NCBI GenBank assembly: GCA_963575745.1
Contig: CAUYUJ010000253.1
Span: 62,001 to 116,290, forward strand
Origin: Prorocentrum cordatum
Taxonomy: Eukaryota
Length of the DNA: 54,290 nt
Direction: 5' to 3'
The position numbers were made by a program, and so were the translations under genes. Numbering within the stretch: the first letter of the stretch is position 1; every line of letters begins with the position of its first letter. Below are positions 21,890 to 35,220 of this stretch, piece by piece. The notes beneath the pieces are model-generated. The model was not told the origin of the DNA and did no database searches. It saw only the letters and a list, made by a program, of their open reading frames with translations.

Positions 21890-23990
21890 AGAAAACGTAC
21901 AACAGGACCCATGTTGACTTGGAAATCCAATCGGTCGCCGCTGAGGGTTCATTTGGGTTTCCAGGCACATTTAGCGGCTTCCCTCTTGTGGACAGTAACG
22001 AACTCCCCACGCAGCGCCGACCGCCGACGCGCGCGCGCTCGCGCTCTCCTGACATAATTGAATATTTTATTAAACGATCGCAGACGCGCGCGCGCGCTGT
22101 ATTGTCCAGAATAGAAAAGTCGCCATGTTGGCCTGGAAACTGAAGTGCTCCCTAAGCGGTGACCGATGGGATTTCCAAGTTAACATGGGCCTCTACGTAC
22201 CCGTTTACTGCCGCAGCGTACAACGCGCAGACGCGCGCGCGCGCCGCGCGCGGCGTCCGCGCGCTGTATTGTCCAGAATAGAAAAGTCGCCATGTTGGCC
22301 TGGAAACTGAAGTGCTCCCTAAGCGGTGACCGATGGGATTTCCAAGGACACAAGGGGCTTCTACGTACCCGTTTACTGCCGCCGCGTACAACGCGCAGAC
22401 GCGCGCGCGCGCGCGTCCGCGCGCTGTATTGTCCACAATAGAAAAGTCGCCATGTTTGCCTGGAAACTGAAGTGCTCCCTTAGCGGCGACCGATGGGATT
22501 TCCAAGTTAACATGGGGCCTCTACGTACCCGTTTACTGCCGCAGCGTACAACGCGCAGACGCGCCGCGCGCGCGCGCGCGCGCGCGTCCGCACGCTGTAG
22601 TGTCCACAATAGAAAAGTCGCCATGTTGGCCTGGAATCGACGTGCTCCCTTAGCGGTGACCGATGGGATTTCCAAGTTCACATGGGGCTTCTACGTACCC
22701 GTTTACTGCCGCAGCGTACAACGCGCAGACGCGCGCGCGCGCTGTATTGTCCACAATAGAAAAAGGTGCCATGTTGGCCTGGAAACTGAAGTGCCCCCTC
22801 AGCGGTGACCGACGGGAGTTCCAAGTTAACATGGGGCCTTTACGTACCCGTTTACTGCCGCAGCGTACAACGCGCAGACGCGCGCGCGCGCTGTATTGTC
22901 CACAATAGAAAAGTCGCCATGTTGGCCTGGAAACTGAAGTGCTCCCTTAGCGGCGACCGATGGGATTTCCAAGCTAACATGTGGCCTCTACGTACCCGTT
23001 TACTGCCGCAGCGTACAGCGCGCAGACGCGCGCGCTGTATTGTCCACAATAGAAAAGTCGCCATGTTGGCCTGGAAACTGAAGTGCTCCCGTAGCGGTGA
23101 CCGATGGGATTTCCAAGTTAACATGGGGCCTCTACGTGCCCGTTTACTGCCGCTGCGTACAACGCGCAGCCGCGCGCACGCGCGCGCGCGCGCGCGCGCG
23201 CGCGCGTCCGCGCGGCTGTAATTGTCTCACAATTAAATAGTCGCCATTTGGGCCTGGGAACTGAAGGCGCCCCTTAGCGTGACACGATGGGATTTCCAAG
23301 TTAACATGGGGCCTCTACGTACCCGTTTACTGCGCAGAGTAAACAAAACGCGCAGACGCGCGCGCGCGCGCAACGACGCGATCCGCAGCGCTGTTTTGTC
23401 CACATAGAAAAAAGTCGCCATGTTGGCCTGGAAACTGAAGTGCTCCTAAACGGTGAAACCGATGGGATTGTCCAAGTAACAACATGGGGCCATTCTACGT
23501 AACCCCGTTTCCCTCCCCGCACGAACAGCAACGCGCAGAACCGCGCGGTCCGCGCGCTGCGCGCGCGCGCGCGCGCGCGTCCGCGCGCTGTATTGTCCAC
23601 AATAGAAAAGTCGCCATGTTGGCCTGGAAACCGAAGTGCTCCCTTAGCGGTGACCGATGGGATTTCCAAGTTAACATGGGGCCTCTACGTACCCGTTTAC
23701 TCCCGCAGCGTACAACGCGCAGACGCGCGCGCGCGCGCGCTGTATTGTCCACAATAGAAAAGTCGCCATGTTGGCCTGGAAACTGAAGTGCTCCTTTAGC
23801 GGCGACCGATGGGATTTCCAAGCTAACATGGGGCCTCTACGTACCCGTTTACTGCCGCAGCGTACAACGCGCAGACGCGCGCTGTATTGTCCACAATAGA
23901 AAAGTCGCCATGTGGGCTTGGAAAATGAAGTGCTCCCTTAGCGGTGACCGATGGGATTTCCAAGTTAACATGGGGCCTCTACGTACCCGT
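21890..23990 (+). repeat. Tandem array, ~145-195-bp unit with variable (CG)n run, ≥13 copies, truncated by gap
   Basis: Core tattgtccacaatagaaaagtcgccatgttggcctggaaactgaagtgctcccttagcggtgaccgatgggatttccaagttaacatggggcctctacgtacccgtttactgccgcagcgtacaacgcgcaga followed by (cg)n. Confidence 0.97.
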
Positions 23991-24090
23991 NNNNNNNNNN
24001 NNNNNNNNNNNNNNNNNNNNNNNNNNNNNNNNNNNNNNNNNNNNNNNNNNNNNNNNNNNNNNNNNNNNNNNNNNNNNNNNNNNNNNNNNN
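23991..24090. other. Assembly gap (100 N)
   Basis: Run of n. Confidence 1.
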
Positions 24091-24404
24091 CCTCCTCCTC
24101 ATCCTCCTCCTCCTCCTCCTCCTCCCTCCCTGGCAAACCATGTGCTAAGAACCTTCTCTGTGGTTCCCACGAGAGGTTCTCAGAGCATGTCTGGCGGAGC
24201 CTGTCTTGTTGTATCGCACCGGGCTTCTGCTCTAAGAGCATTGCTTTTGTGATTCGAACATTTTTGGGTTGTAAAGACATTTCGTGGTAGGACTATAGGA
24301 ATGCCGGGACGGTCGGTCCCTGCTCAAGTTCCTCCCCCCGGAGCTGGTCCCCCCCTAGCCCTGAGATCCAGAGTCCAGGCCTCCTAGATGGGGTCGGAGT
24401 AGAT

Positions 24405-24600
24405 GGGGTCGGAGGATCGCGCCGCATCGCCGATGCATCGCCGATGCGGTTCGATGTGGGGCCCAATTTTCTCCACGCCGACGTTGCCGATGCATCGCCG
24501 ATGTCGACGACGCATCGCCGGTGCATCGACGACGCATCGCCGATGCATTGCCGATGCATCGCCGATGTATCGGCGATGCGGCGCGATCCTCCGACCCCAC
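24405..24600. repeat. Interspersed element with (GCATCGCCGAT)n core and inverted ends
   Basis: ggggtcggaggatcgcgccgcatcgccgat…atcggcgatgcggcgcgatcctccgacccc. Relatives at ~30015-30140, 41120-41210, 49850-50020 and 53540-53645. Confidence 0.8.
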
Positions 24601-24724
24601 CTACTCCGATCCCATCTAGGAGGCCTCTACGTAAACCATAAGCTCCAGAGCCCATCCTTCTCGAGCCCAGATCCCATCTTCGACGACGGCGAAGGAGCGG
24701 CGAACACACACAAACTGTTGACGG

Positions 24725-24845
24725 TCCGCGCGGATTCCTTGAGTCCGCGTTGGGCCCCCCTTTGCGGCGCCTCGGGCGTCGCCCCTGGCGCTCTCCGCGC
24801 GCCGAGGGAGGGGCTCCAGCGCAGATCCAAGAGATCCGCGCGGAC
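24725..24845. mobile_element. MITE-like family (tccgcgcggattc…ttggat / atccaag…atccgcgcgga)
   Basis: Inverted termini. Copies at ~6585-6695, 7030-7150, 27028-27470, 31501-31630 and 38837-38960. Confidence 0.7.
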
Positions 24846-25169
24846 CGTCGACAGTTTCTGTCGGTGCGCTTCTGTTCCTCCTCCGTGGGCCCAGACCCCA
24901 TCCTATTCCTTCTCCTCCTACTCCTTCTCCTCCTCCTCATCCTCTTCCTCCTCCTCCTCATCCTCCTCCTCCTTATCCTCCTCCTCCTCTTCCTCCTCCT
25001 CCTCCTCCTCCTCCTCCTCCTCCTCCTCCTCCCTCTCCTGCATCCTTCTGCGGCATGCTTCGAGCCGGGTCGGTCCGCGATGGTCCTGGGGCCCAATATG
25101 TGCGCGAACGCGCCCGCGCGTGAGAGAAGGTGCCGCGCCCGGATCTCAGGGAGCCCTGCCCCTCATCAG

Positions 25170-27880
25170 GGGCGCCTCTCAGCGGCTGAAGCCCCCGCCG
25201 CCGTCACCCGAGGAGGTGCCAGGCGACGAGCCACCTTTCGGCAGCTGGAAGTCGCCGAAGTTCGACGCCGCCGGGGCCAGGGACCTCACCACCCACCAAA
25301 CCACCCCGACCCAACCCGCAGGCCCCGATTCGCCCTCCATTTCCAGCGTGGGGGGGGGGGGTCGGGGAACGTGGAACAAAAATACATGTGAAGCCCGTGC
25401 CCCCCCCCAACCCGAAATTCGGGTCTTCGGGTTGGGTGGGGGTGGTCTGTCAGGAGGGGAAAAAAAACACAAACACAATTAATCGTCGATTCCCCAGGAA
25501 ATATGGGAAAATATGGGAAGCGAGGGGGAAGAGAGAAACCCAGAAAATATGGGAAAATATGGGAATTTTTTTTATTTGTGTTTTTTTTTTATGTGTGTGT
25601 GTGTGTGTGTGTCCTGGGGCCCCTTCAGTCTGCCGGGTAGCCAGGACCTGCAGCTCGAGCTGCGCGTCTACCGGCCGGTCAACCCGCCTGCTCCCGGGCA
25701 GGATCGGCTGCGCGCGAGAGGGGCGCGCCGCCGGGGTGGCCTTTGCGCGAGAGGGGAGCAAGGGTACCAATGCTGTGAAGATCGACTAGAATCAGGAGGG
25801 GAAGAAACACACAGACACAATTAATCGTCGATTCCCAGGAAAATATGCGAAAATATGGGAAGTGGTGGGGAAGACAAAAACCCTGAAAATATGGGAAAAT
25901 ATGGGGAATATTTTTATTTGTGTGTATTTATTTGTGTGTCCCAGGGCCCCTTTATAGAAGAGTGACCTTTCGCCGGAGTGACCTTTGGTGCGGGCACAGA
26001 TGGGTCCCCAGATGGCTGAAAGCGAAGCAGGAGCAGCGGCTTGCGCGCCCAGGTTTGGTCCCCCGGCGGCCCCGAAAAAGCCGCGCACCAAAGGTCACTC
26101 TTACCCAGGGTCACTCTTGCGTGCAGCCGATAGGTCGGGCCTGTCCCTCTGCAGGGGGGATATTCAAAAATGGTCAAGAAATTGTCTGGGGACTATGCTC
26201 TGAATATGTTTTGGCCAGTTTTGGCCAGTGCTGTTAAGTCGGGCCTGTCGCTCTGCAGGGGGAATATTCAAAAATGGTCAAGAAATTTTCTGGGGACTAC
26301 GTTCTGAATCTGTTTTGGCCAGTTTGGAGCCTTTTTCCAATATTTTTTGTGTTTCGTCGAAAATCCCCCCTGTGGGGGGACACGCCCGACTCAACAGTAC
26401 TGCTGCCCTTCCCCCGCGCTTTTGGCTTTTGGGAGCCCTTGGAGGCCGTCGCCACGGCGGGATTCGCTGCGAACTTTTGGTCAGGATGCCTTCCTGGAGA
26501 GGCCCAGGGAGAAGCTGTATCGGCACCTTTTGGCGTCCCCCCCTTCCGGGCAGGGGGCCGTTTCCGTCCCTGCAGGACCATCCAACACAGGACCAGAACG
26601 AAAACCTGCCTCGGGGGAAGCGGTCGGGAGTTCTGTAGGGGGTTCGTCGAGGGTGTGTGTGTGTGTGTGTGTGTTTCAAGGTGGTGCCACAGTTGGATGC
26701 TCACGCTTTCTTCTTAGGTGGCCGTTCGGAGCGGTGCCCCTCCCTACCCCCACCTTTGCCCCTGCCCCACCTTTATTCGGCGGCGAGCACGGGGGGAAAT
26801 GAGAAGGAGAAAGTCTCCTCAGAAGGTTTGGAAGCCCCCTGGCCTTCTGAGAAGTTGCCTGGGCCTTCTGGGAAGGCTTGAGGGCCTCTGAGAAGTCCCG
26901 CCGCCTTCTGAGAAGGCCTTCTCCTTCTTGTTTCCCCCCCTCGCTCGCCGCCTATTGATGTCCCCCCCCGATTCTGTGGCTGCGGACTGAAGCGAAGACG
27001 AGAAGTCGCGATAACATAAACTTATTGCGCTCCGCGCGGATTTCTTGGATCCGCGCTGGGATCCCCCTTTGCGGCGCCTCCGGCGCCGCTCCCCCGCGGG
27101 GGTGGGGCGTGCACCGTCTGTAACCCTGTAGGTTGCGGAAGTGGCACGCTCCTGTCGGTGCCCTGTCTTGGGTCCTCGTCGCCGTGTGCTGGGCCGCGAG
27201 GCTGCCGACGTTGGAGGCGTCGATACGTTTCCTCCATGTGGCCCCACACTAGAGTTGGGATGCCATTTTCCATAGCCGTGGAGCCGCCTCGCTGGCTGCT
27301 CTATTCTGGCGGAGGGGTAGGAGTCTCCTCCCATCCCTCTGCTGTCTCCCTTTCGCTGGCCTCAGCTATCGACTCGGCTGCTGCTGCGCCACTCGCTCGC
27401 TCGCTCGCGCGCTCCGCGCGCCAGGGAGTGGTTGGGACCCAGCGTAGACCCAAGGAATCCGCGCAGAGCGCCAGAAGTGTATATTTGTAGCGATGTCCTT
27501 TCTTCTACTGGAGTAACCGGGCGCGTTCCACTACTCGCAAAGTGCCTCGACTCGCAAACGCCCCGAAGAACAGCTGCCTGCTTCGATGTAATTTTAACCG
27601 TAGATCCCCCGCGGCGGATCCAGGCCATTTGCGTGTAGCTACTTTGCGAGTCATGGAGCGCTCGCCGATGAAAGAGCCACGTCGGCGAATCTGCTGGGGC
27701 GATGCGGACGCCCATCCCTCCATCATGTGGGGCACCGGCCTATGGTTGTATGCATGCATGTATGTATGTATGTGTATGTATGTATGTATGTATGTATGTA
27801 TGCATGTATGCATGTATGTATGTATGTATGTATGTATGTATGTGTGTATGTGTGTATGAATGTATGTATGCATGCATGCA

Positions 27881-27922
<42 letters not shown>

Positions 27923-27927
27923 GGTCG

Positions 27928-28000
<73 letters not shown>

Positions 28001-30255
28001 TATGTATGTATGTATGTATGTATGTATGTATGTATGTATGTATGTATGTATGTATGTATGTGTGTATGTGTGTATGTGTGTATGTGTGTATGGGTGTATG
28101 TGTGTATGTGTGTATGTGCACGTGTACGTGAATACATATATAAATATATATATATACACAGATGTGCGTGTGCATATCGCAGGGCCGCCGGCCGCTCATC
28201 CCTGCGATCCGTCGTGGCAAGCAGAAGGGCGGCACTGCGAGCAGTCACGGCCGGAGCCCCAGAGCCCATCAGTCTGCTGCACGGCAGGAGCCGGAGCGAG
28301 CCGCGAGGGTCCAGGGCCCGAGAGGACCGGCAAGCTCGCCCGCTGCGCACAGAGAGATGCGACGCCGCGCTCTCGGGGCTCTCCCCTCCCTCCCCCTCGC
28401 CCTCCTCTTATGTCGGGCGTGTCCCCCTGCAGGGGAATTTCCGACGAAAACTAAAGAATACCCGAAGCATACCCAATAATATATTATTTGTTTAAAGTTC
28501 CCAGCCTATCTTTGGATTGTTGTTGGATTATGGTTTGGGGTGTGTTTAATTTCCGTCGAGAACCCCCCTGCGGGGGGACAGGCCCGACTTAACCCTCCTC
28601 CCTCGGGCTCTGCGCTCCCCCGAGCGATGCGCGCGGCGTCGGAGACGGAGGCCCCTGACGTGCGCTATCTCTTGCTGTCGCTCGGACGTGTGCACTGTGT
28701 CTCGGCGGGAAGTCTTGAGGCGCATCCTGGGTCATTCCGCGAAAAGGCCGCGCACGAAGCCGAACAGAGCACAGGGAACGGACGTCCGAGCGACGCCAAG
28801 ATGTGCCTCGACCCGCACCCGAAGACCGGATGAGGAGGAGGGGGAGGAGGCGGAGGAGGAGGAGGAGGAGGAGGAGGAGGAGGAGGAGGAGGGGGAGAAG
28901 AGGAGGCGAAGTCAGTGAGGATGACTGCATTCGGGGTTAGGGGGTGAGGTTTGTGCTTCTCTTTCTTCTTTTTTCTGATTCTTATGTAGGATGAGGTTGT
29001 ATAGTATGATGGTCTGTATTCTATGATTCTCTCTTATTTTTATGGTATTTTTTATATAGTCTTCTATTATTATTAGGGTATTAGTTTGAGGAGTATGATG
29101 ATGAGAGGACATTTCCTTTAGTTGGCCTTCATCTCGGGCGGGCCCCTAAAAGAACAATTTTCCTCGCCCCGTGCCCGAGCGGCCGGCCCTGCCATCCTGA
29201 TCCGTTTTTTTTGTGTTCGTTTTAGCCGCCCCCGTTTTTGTGGCGGCGGGCAGTGGTGGTGATGACTCCTCCTCCTCCTCCTTCTCGCTCTCCGCCCTCC
29301 TCGCTCCTCCCTCCTCCTCCTCCTCCTCCTCCTCCTCCTCCCCTCCTCTCCTCCTCTCCCCCTCCCTCTCCTCCTCCCTCCTCCTCCTCCTCCTCCTTCC
29401 TCCTCCTCCTCCTCCTCTCCGCCTACCTCTTACTCTCCTCCTCCCTCCTCCTCCTCCTCCTCCTCCTCCTCCTCCTCCTCCTCCTCCTGCCTTCCTCCCC
29501 TCCTCCTCCTCCTCCCTCCTCCGCCTCCTCCTCCTCCTCCTTCTCCTCCTTCCTCCTCCTCCTCCTCCTCCTCCTCCTCCTCGCGCCTCCTCCTCCTCCT
29601 CCTCCTCCTCCTCCGTCCTCCTCGCTCCTCCTCTCCTCCTCCTCCTCCTCCTCCTCCTCCTCCTCCCTCCTCCCTCCTCTCGTTCGACGTTCCCCCCACC
29701 CCCCACCCCCGGAGCTCGTCCCTCTACAGGAGGAGGATTTCAAAACAGTGGAGACATAGTCAGGGGACGACCGTCGTGTGATTAGGTGATTATTGTTTGG
29801 TCTGTTTTGACTATTGTTTGTTTTTGCCGCCCCCGTTGGGTTCTGAGTAGAGTTAGGTCGGGCGTGTCCCTCTACAGGAGGAAGATTTCATGGGACGACC
29901 TTCCTGTTATTGGTTGACTTCTCTGGGTGTGTTTGGGCTATTTTCTTGTTCTTCGTCCAAAATCCGCCTGTAGGAGGACAGGACCGACCTAAGAGTAGGG
30001 AGATGGGGAAGGAGGGTGGCGCCGCATCGGCGACGCGTTTGCGATGCATCGGCGGTGCGACTCGATGTGGACGCCGACGTCGCAGAGGCATCGCCATTGT
30101 CGCCGATGCACCGCGATACTCCATCTGCACGCCGACCCCATTCGGGAGGCCTCTATCGTTTGACGGGCCCAGGAAAAAACCTCTCGCCTTCCGTTTTTCA
30201 ACACTCGAGGGGTCTCTGAAGGTTGAATGACGACGACGAAGATGACGACGACGAA

Positions 30256-30297
<42 letters not shown>

Positions 30298-30351
30298 CAC
30301 GCTGACGACGACGACGACGACGACGACCACGCTGACGACGACGACGCTGAC

Positions 30352-30389
<38 letters not shown>

Positions 30390-33300
30390 ACGAGACGAGC
30401 CTGCCGTGAGCTCGCGCTCCTTCGGCTCGTGGCGCCCGCAGGAGCGGGGGGACTGCGCCGTGTTCCTGACCGCGCCCCGGGGCACGAACCTCGCCTGCCG
30501 GCTGCTGGTCGCCGGAGAAGCAAGGGACTACGCTTACCCAGAGCTCCAACGCATTGAAAAAATCAAGACGGACGTAAGACCGTTGAAAAATGACTCAGGA
30601 TGAAAATCCGGTCCTGGGGAATGGGTCGACCCTTCCGGGGATCCCGTATGGAAAAAATACGACATTGGATGTTTGGGTATGTTGTTCCAACCTACTGTAG
30701 CCTGGATGACCAGACATAATTTCGAGCACCAAGAAAGCACCGAAACCCGAGGGTGTTCACGCGTCGGGCCACGGGAGGTCAGCGATATTCGCTCGACGCT
30801 GCTCCGCTACTTTTCTGGGCGCTCGGAATTGGTTCTGGGATGTGGTCCCTGAGCACGACGGGGGCAGCAGAAGACCACGCAGGCATCTGCTCGCCGGGGG
30901 CGCAGCGGCGCAGCGGCGCAGCGGGCCCCCCGAGGGCAGCGGGCCCGGATGCTCGTCGCCGCTGCCGAGCTCCCGGGGCCCTCCTGCGGGCCCTAGGCCG
31001 AAGAAGAGGAAACGCCACATAAGCCTAAACTTTTCTCGGGTATGGCCAGGACCCCAGGTAAGGGGGCCTGGTTAGGCTCCGGGCCCCCTGGGGTCTCTCG
31101 GGGGAGCGTGAGACCCGGGTTTGCCAGGACTCGGGTTCGCCATCGTTTTTTGACGACCGCGCCTCGGATTTTGACGAGGAGGATTTTCGTGGGATGTCTG
31201 CAGCGGGAGGCCTCGTCAAAATGCAGGCTCGGCCTCGTCATTTTTTTGACGACCTCGTCGGGGATTTCCGAGTCCCCTGTACCCAGGTCTTACGTCCCCC
31301 TGAGTCTCGGTTAGGCTCCGGGCCCGGTTAGGCTCCGGACCCCAAATTTGCCAGAATCATCGAACCAGGTCTGTCGTATACTGGAGTCGTTTCGGGTGGC
31401 GGCAGTTCCGGTTGGTGGAACGGGGCGGGGGAGGCGTCCCCCGGCACTCATCACCAAACCAGGTCCCGCGAAACCCAGTTCCGCCAACGCTCGGTTTTAG
31501 GCGCTCCGCGCGGATTCCTTGGATCCGCGTTGGGACCCCCCCCCCAGCGGCGCCTCTTGCGCCGCCCCTGGGGCGCTCCGCGCGTCAGTGAGGGATGGGG
31601 TCCAGCGCGGATGCAAGACATCCGCGCGGAAAGCGCAGAAATGTTGTGCTTATGGTGCCGGGAGTTGATGTTTTTATGGTGTCTTTGCTATTTCGCCGCT
31701 TTCTGTGTTTTTGCTGTTTTTATAGTGTTGTTGCTGTTTTGATTATGTTTATGCTGTTTGTTGGTGTTTTTATTGTGTTTTTTTGCTGTCTATGCTTTTA
31801 TTGTGTTTTTGCTGCTCTTGTTGTGTCTTTGCTGTTTCTTCTGTCCTCGCCGCTCCTTGAAGCTCTCCGAGCCCTCTCTTCACGGGCCCCAGGGCGGTCG
31901 GAGAACGCCTCGGGAGGAAGAGCTCGTCCTGGGGGAGGGCGCCCGGGTCCGGGACCCGTCTCCCCAGGAGCCCGCTTCCTTCGGGCGATCGCAAACGTGG
32001 ATCTTAAGGGGGGGCGTGGATCCCAGACCCCCCTCGAGCCACGAGCAAACAAAATCACGACGCGAGGTTTTTGTCCGTTTGCTGCCTCTGGGGGTCCCGA
32101 CCGGGCCTCGGGGGCGTCACAGCACGACTCAGGGCGCCAGACCCGTCCCGGGGAACGGATCGGGACTTCCAGGGACCCCGAATTGAAAAATCAGGACATC
32201 GCATGTCTGGATCAAGGGGGCGTGGATTCGCGACGGGTCCTGCTTCCATGGGAAATCGCGGATTTCCGCCGCCGAGCGCTTGTGTCCTGTGTCTCGCGAC
32301 CCATGCTTCCTACATGTCTGTGGCAATGTGGCCCTCGGAAGGGTCTTGTGTCCTCTCGCGTGTCCTGTCCGGTCGAGTCCGACTGCGACTTGCTCCTCCC
32401 AGATCCCTCTTGTGGGGGGGCCTGCCCGACCCAGATCGGCACCGCATCGACTCGTGAGGAAAACGAACAAGCGAGGAGGAGGATGAGGGACAGTCAGGAG
32501 CAGCCGTAACAAGGAGGAGGCGACGATTCTATTCTGTTCAGTCGCCTCACTTCGGTTCCTTCTGACCTGATGGTGTGCATATATGGGCGTAGTATCCTGA
32601 GTGCCGAACGCTCGTGGGCTACACCTTAGGCGATGCTTAAGAAAACCTAAGTTTTCTGCCAGAGTCTCGATTATTCTTAACGTTTCAATGTAAATCTTAA
32701 GATTTTAATGGAAATGTTGGGTTTTTACTCGAGTTCTGAGACTATGAATTTCTTAACCCATGATTTCTTAAGCATTTCGCAGGGTGTAGGTGCCGAATAG
32801 CACGGCTAGGCAGTCTGCCCGACCCGGCCCCAGGTCGGCACCGCGTCCCAGAGTTTCGAGAAGAGATTTGCCTCTGACCGCGACGTGCTGGGCACGGGCC
32901 GGCTCTGCTTCCTGGAGGAGCAGGCGCCGCCGCGCAGCTCAGGAGGGGAAAAAACACACAGACACAATTAATCGGCGATTCCCAGAAAATATGGGAAAAT
33001 ATGGGAAGTGGGGGGGAAGACAGAAACCCAGAAAATATGGGAAAATATTGGGGATATTTTTATTTGTGTGTATTTATTTGTGTGTTCCAGTTCCCCTTCA
33101 GCAGCGCCCGGGGGGGGGGCTCCCTTCGCTCCCTGCGAGTCGGCCTGGGCTCGATCTCGGTGGCGTCGGGTCTCGGGCTTCGGTCTTTCGGACTTCGGAC
33201 TTCGAGGTCGAGCGGCTTTGATCCGATCCGACTCGGGATCCCGACCTGGACTCGCTCTCGGTGGTGTCGGACCTCGGACTTCGGACTTCGGACTTCGAGT

Positions 33301-35186
33301 CGATGTGATTTCGATCGGTTTCGATCCGATCCGACTTCGGATTCCGACCTGGACTCGATCTCGGTGGTTTCGGACTTCGGACTTCGGACTTCGATGTGAT
33401 TTCGAGTGGCTTCGATCCGATCCGACTTCGGATTCCGACCTGGACTCGATCTCGGTGGTTTCGGGTCTCGGACTTCGGACTTCGGACTTCGAGTCGATGT
33501 GATTCCGAGCGGCTTCGATCCGATCCGACTTCGGATTCCGACCTGGACTCGATCTCGGTGGTTTCGGGTTTCGGACTTCGGACTTCGGAGTTCGATGTGA
33601 TTTCGAGCGGCTTCGATCCTATCCGACTTCGGTTCCGACCAGGACTCGATCTCGATGGTTTCGGGTCTCGGACTTCGGACTTCGGACTTCGATGTGAGTC
33701 CGAGCGGCTTCGATCCGATCCGACTTCGGATTCCGACCTGGGCTCCGATTTCCCAGTGGGGGGCTCAGCGGCCCGGCGATCCCCGCCGGCTCGGCCTCTC
33801 CCCACTCGGCCGCCATTTCCTGCACGAACGGAATGGGCACGGAAAGAATGGGTACGATGCCCAACAGCGGATCCTGGTCATTCTGAACAGGACTCGTTGT
33901 CCACGCCGCCGCGGCCCGTGTCCATTCGAGACAGAAGGCCGCCTGCCCAACAGCGGCCGCTGTTGGTTCGGGAAAACATTTGTTGTTGGGCATTGTACCC
34001 ATTCTTTCCGTACCCGTGTCGGGCGTCCGAAAACTCCTGCCCGTCCCGTTCGTGCCGATCGCCGCTCCGACTTGCCAAGTTCGACTCTGGGCTCTCCCGT
34101 GAGGCGGGGCCCCGCGGGAAAAGCCACGGGAGGAAGAGGTGCTGGCACCGCCACTCTCAGGGGGGGGAGAAACACGCAGGCACAATGAATCGTCCATCCC
34201 CAAGAAAATCTTGGAAAATATATGGGAAGTGGGCGGGAAGGCAAAAACCCAAAACAAATATGGGCAAATGTGGAGAGTCCTTTCAGTGTGTATTTATTGG
34301 GCTGGCCTCCGGCCAGTGCCGCCGATCCGAGGGGGCTCCGGAAGTGGAGTTTTCTGTACCCCCCTGTCCCCGGGTACCGAAAAACGTCGGAAATGACGTC
34401 GGACATATCCCCGTGAACCGAAAAACGTCGGAAATGACGCCGGAAATAACGTACCCCCCCCCCCAGCTGCAGAGCGAAGCTTGAGCGAGCTCAAGTCCAC
34501 GCTCTCAGAAACTCGCACGCCGCATCAGCGGATTTGTGTGTCTTTGGGCCCTTTGACACTCGTCCCGGGGACCTCTCGTCGCCACGGCCGGGCGGCCGCT
34601 TCGAGGTTCCGGCCGGGCCGCGCCCCCCCCGGGAGAGGCCCGGGCTGCAGCGCGGGGCATGGGTGCCTCTGTGTGCCAGGAGGGGAGAAAGCACACAGAC
34701 ACAGTGAAGCGTCGACTCCCAGGAAAATGAGGGGAAATATAGGAAGTGGGGAGGGGGAGACAAAAACCCTGAAAATATTTGAAAATATAGGGAAACCCTG
34801 AAAATATTTGAAAATATAAGGGAATCCTGTTGTTTGTGTGTATCTATTTGTGTGTCCTGGGGCCCCTTCAGTGTGCTCCCCCCCCCCCGGAGACAGGGCG
34901 CCCGCAGCTCGTCTCACTCCGGGTGCGGCCCCTGTTTGCTGCTGCCCTCCGCGGGGCCCCTCTTTGGGAAGCAGGGAGGGGGCCGAGGCCGCAGGCAGCA
35001 CGGCTCGGCGCCGAGGAGCCGGCCCCGATGGGGAGGACCGTGGTTCTTGTTCTCCTCCTCCTCCTCCTCCTCCTCCTCCTCCTCCTCTTTCTCCTCCTCC
35101 TCCTCCTCTTTCTCATCCTCCTCCTCCTCCTCCTCCTCCTCCTCCTCTTCCTCCTCCTCCTCCTCCTCCTCCTCCTACTCCTCTTT

Positions 35187-35220
<34 letters not shown>

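Larger units (their letters stand above)
9226..23990 (+). mobile_element. Putative giant hAT-like DNA transposon with subterminal tandem arrays and a glycosyltransferase cargo gene
   Basis: Transposase gene flanked by a ~101-bp array on the left and 11-bp and ~150-bp arrays on the right. The block largely lacks the MITE families that saturate its flanks. The right end runs into the N gap, so TIR/TSD cannot be seen; the left boundary is approximate. Confidence 0.6.

Noticed and set aside
31595..32509. 304-aa ORF with hydrophobic N-terminus
   Set aside because: The hydrophobic part is a TG/T-rich low-complexity tract; the remainder is interspersed repeat also seen at ~49280-49400.
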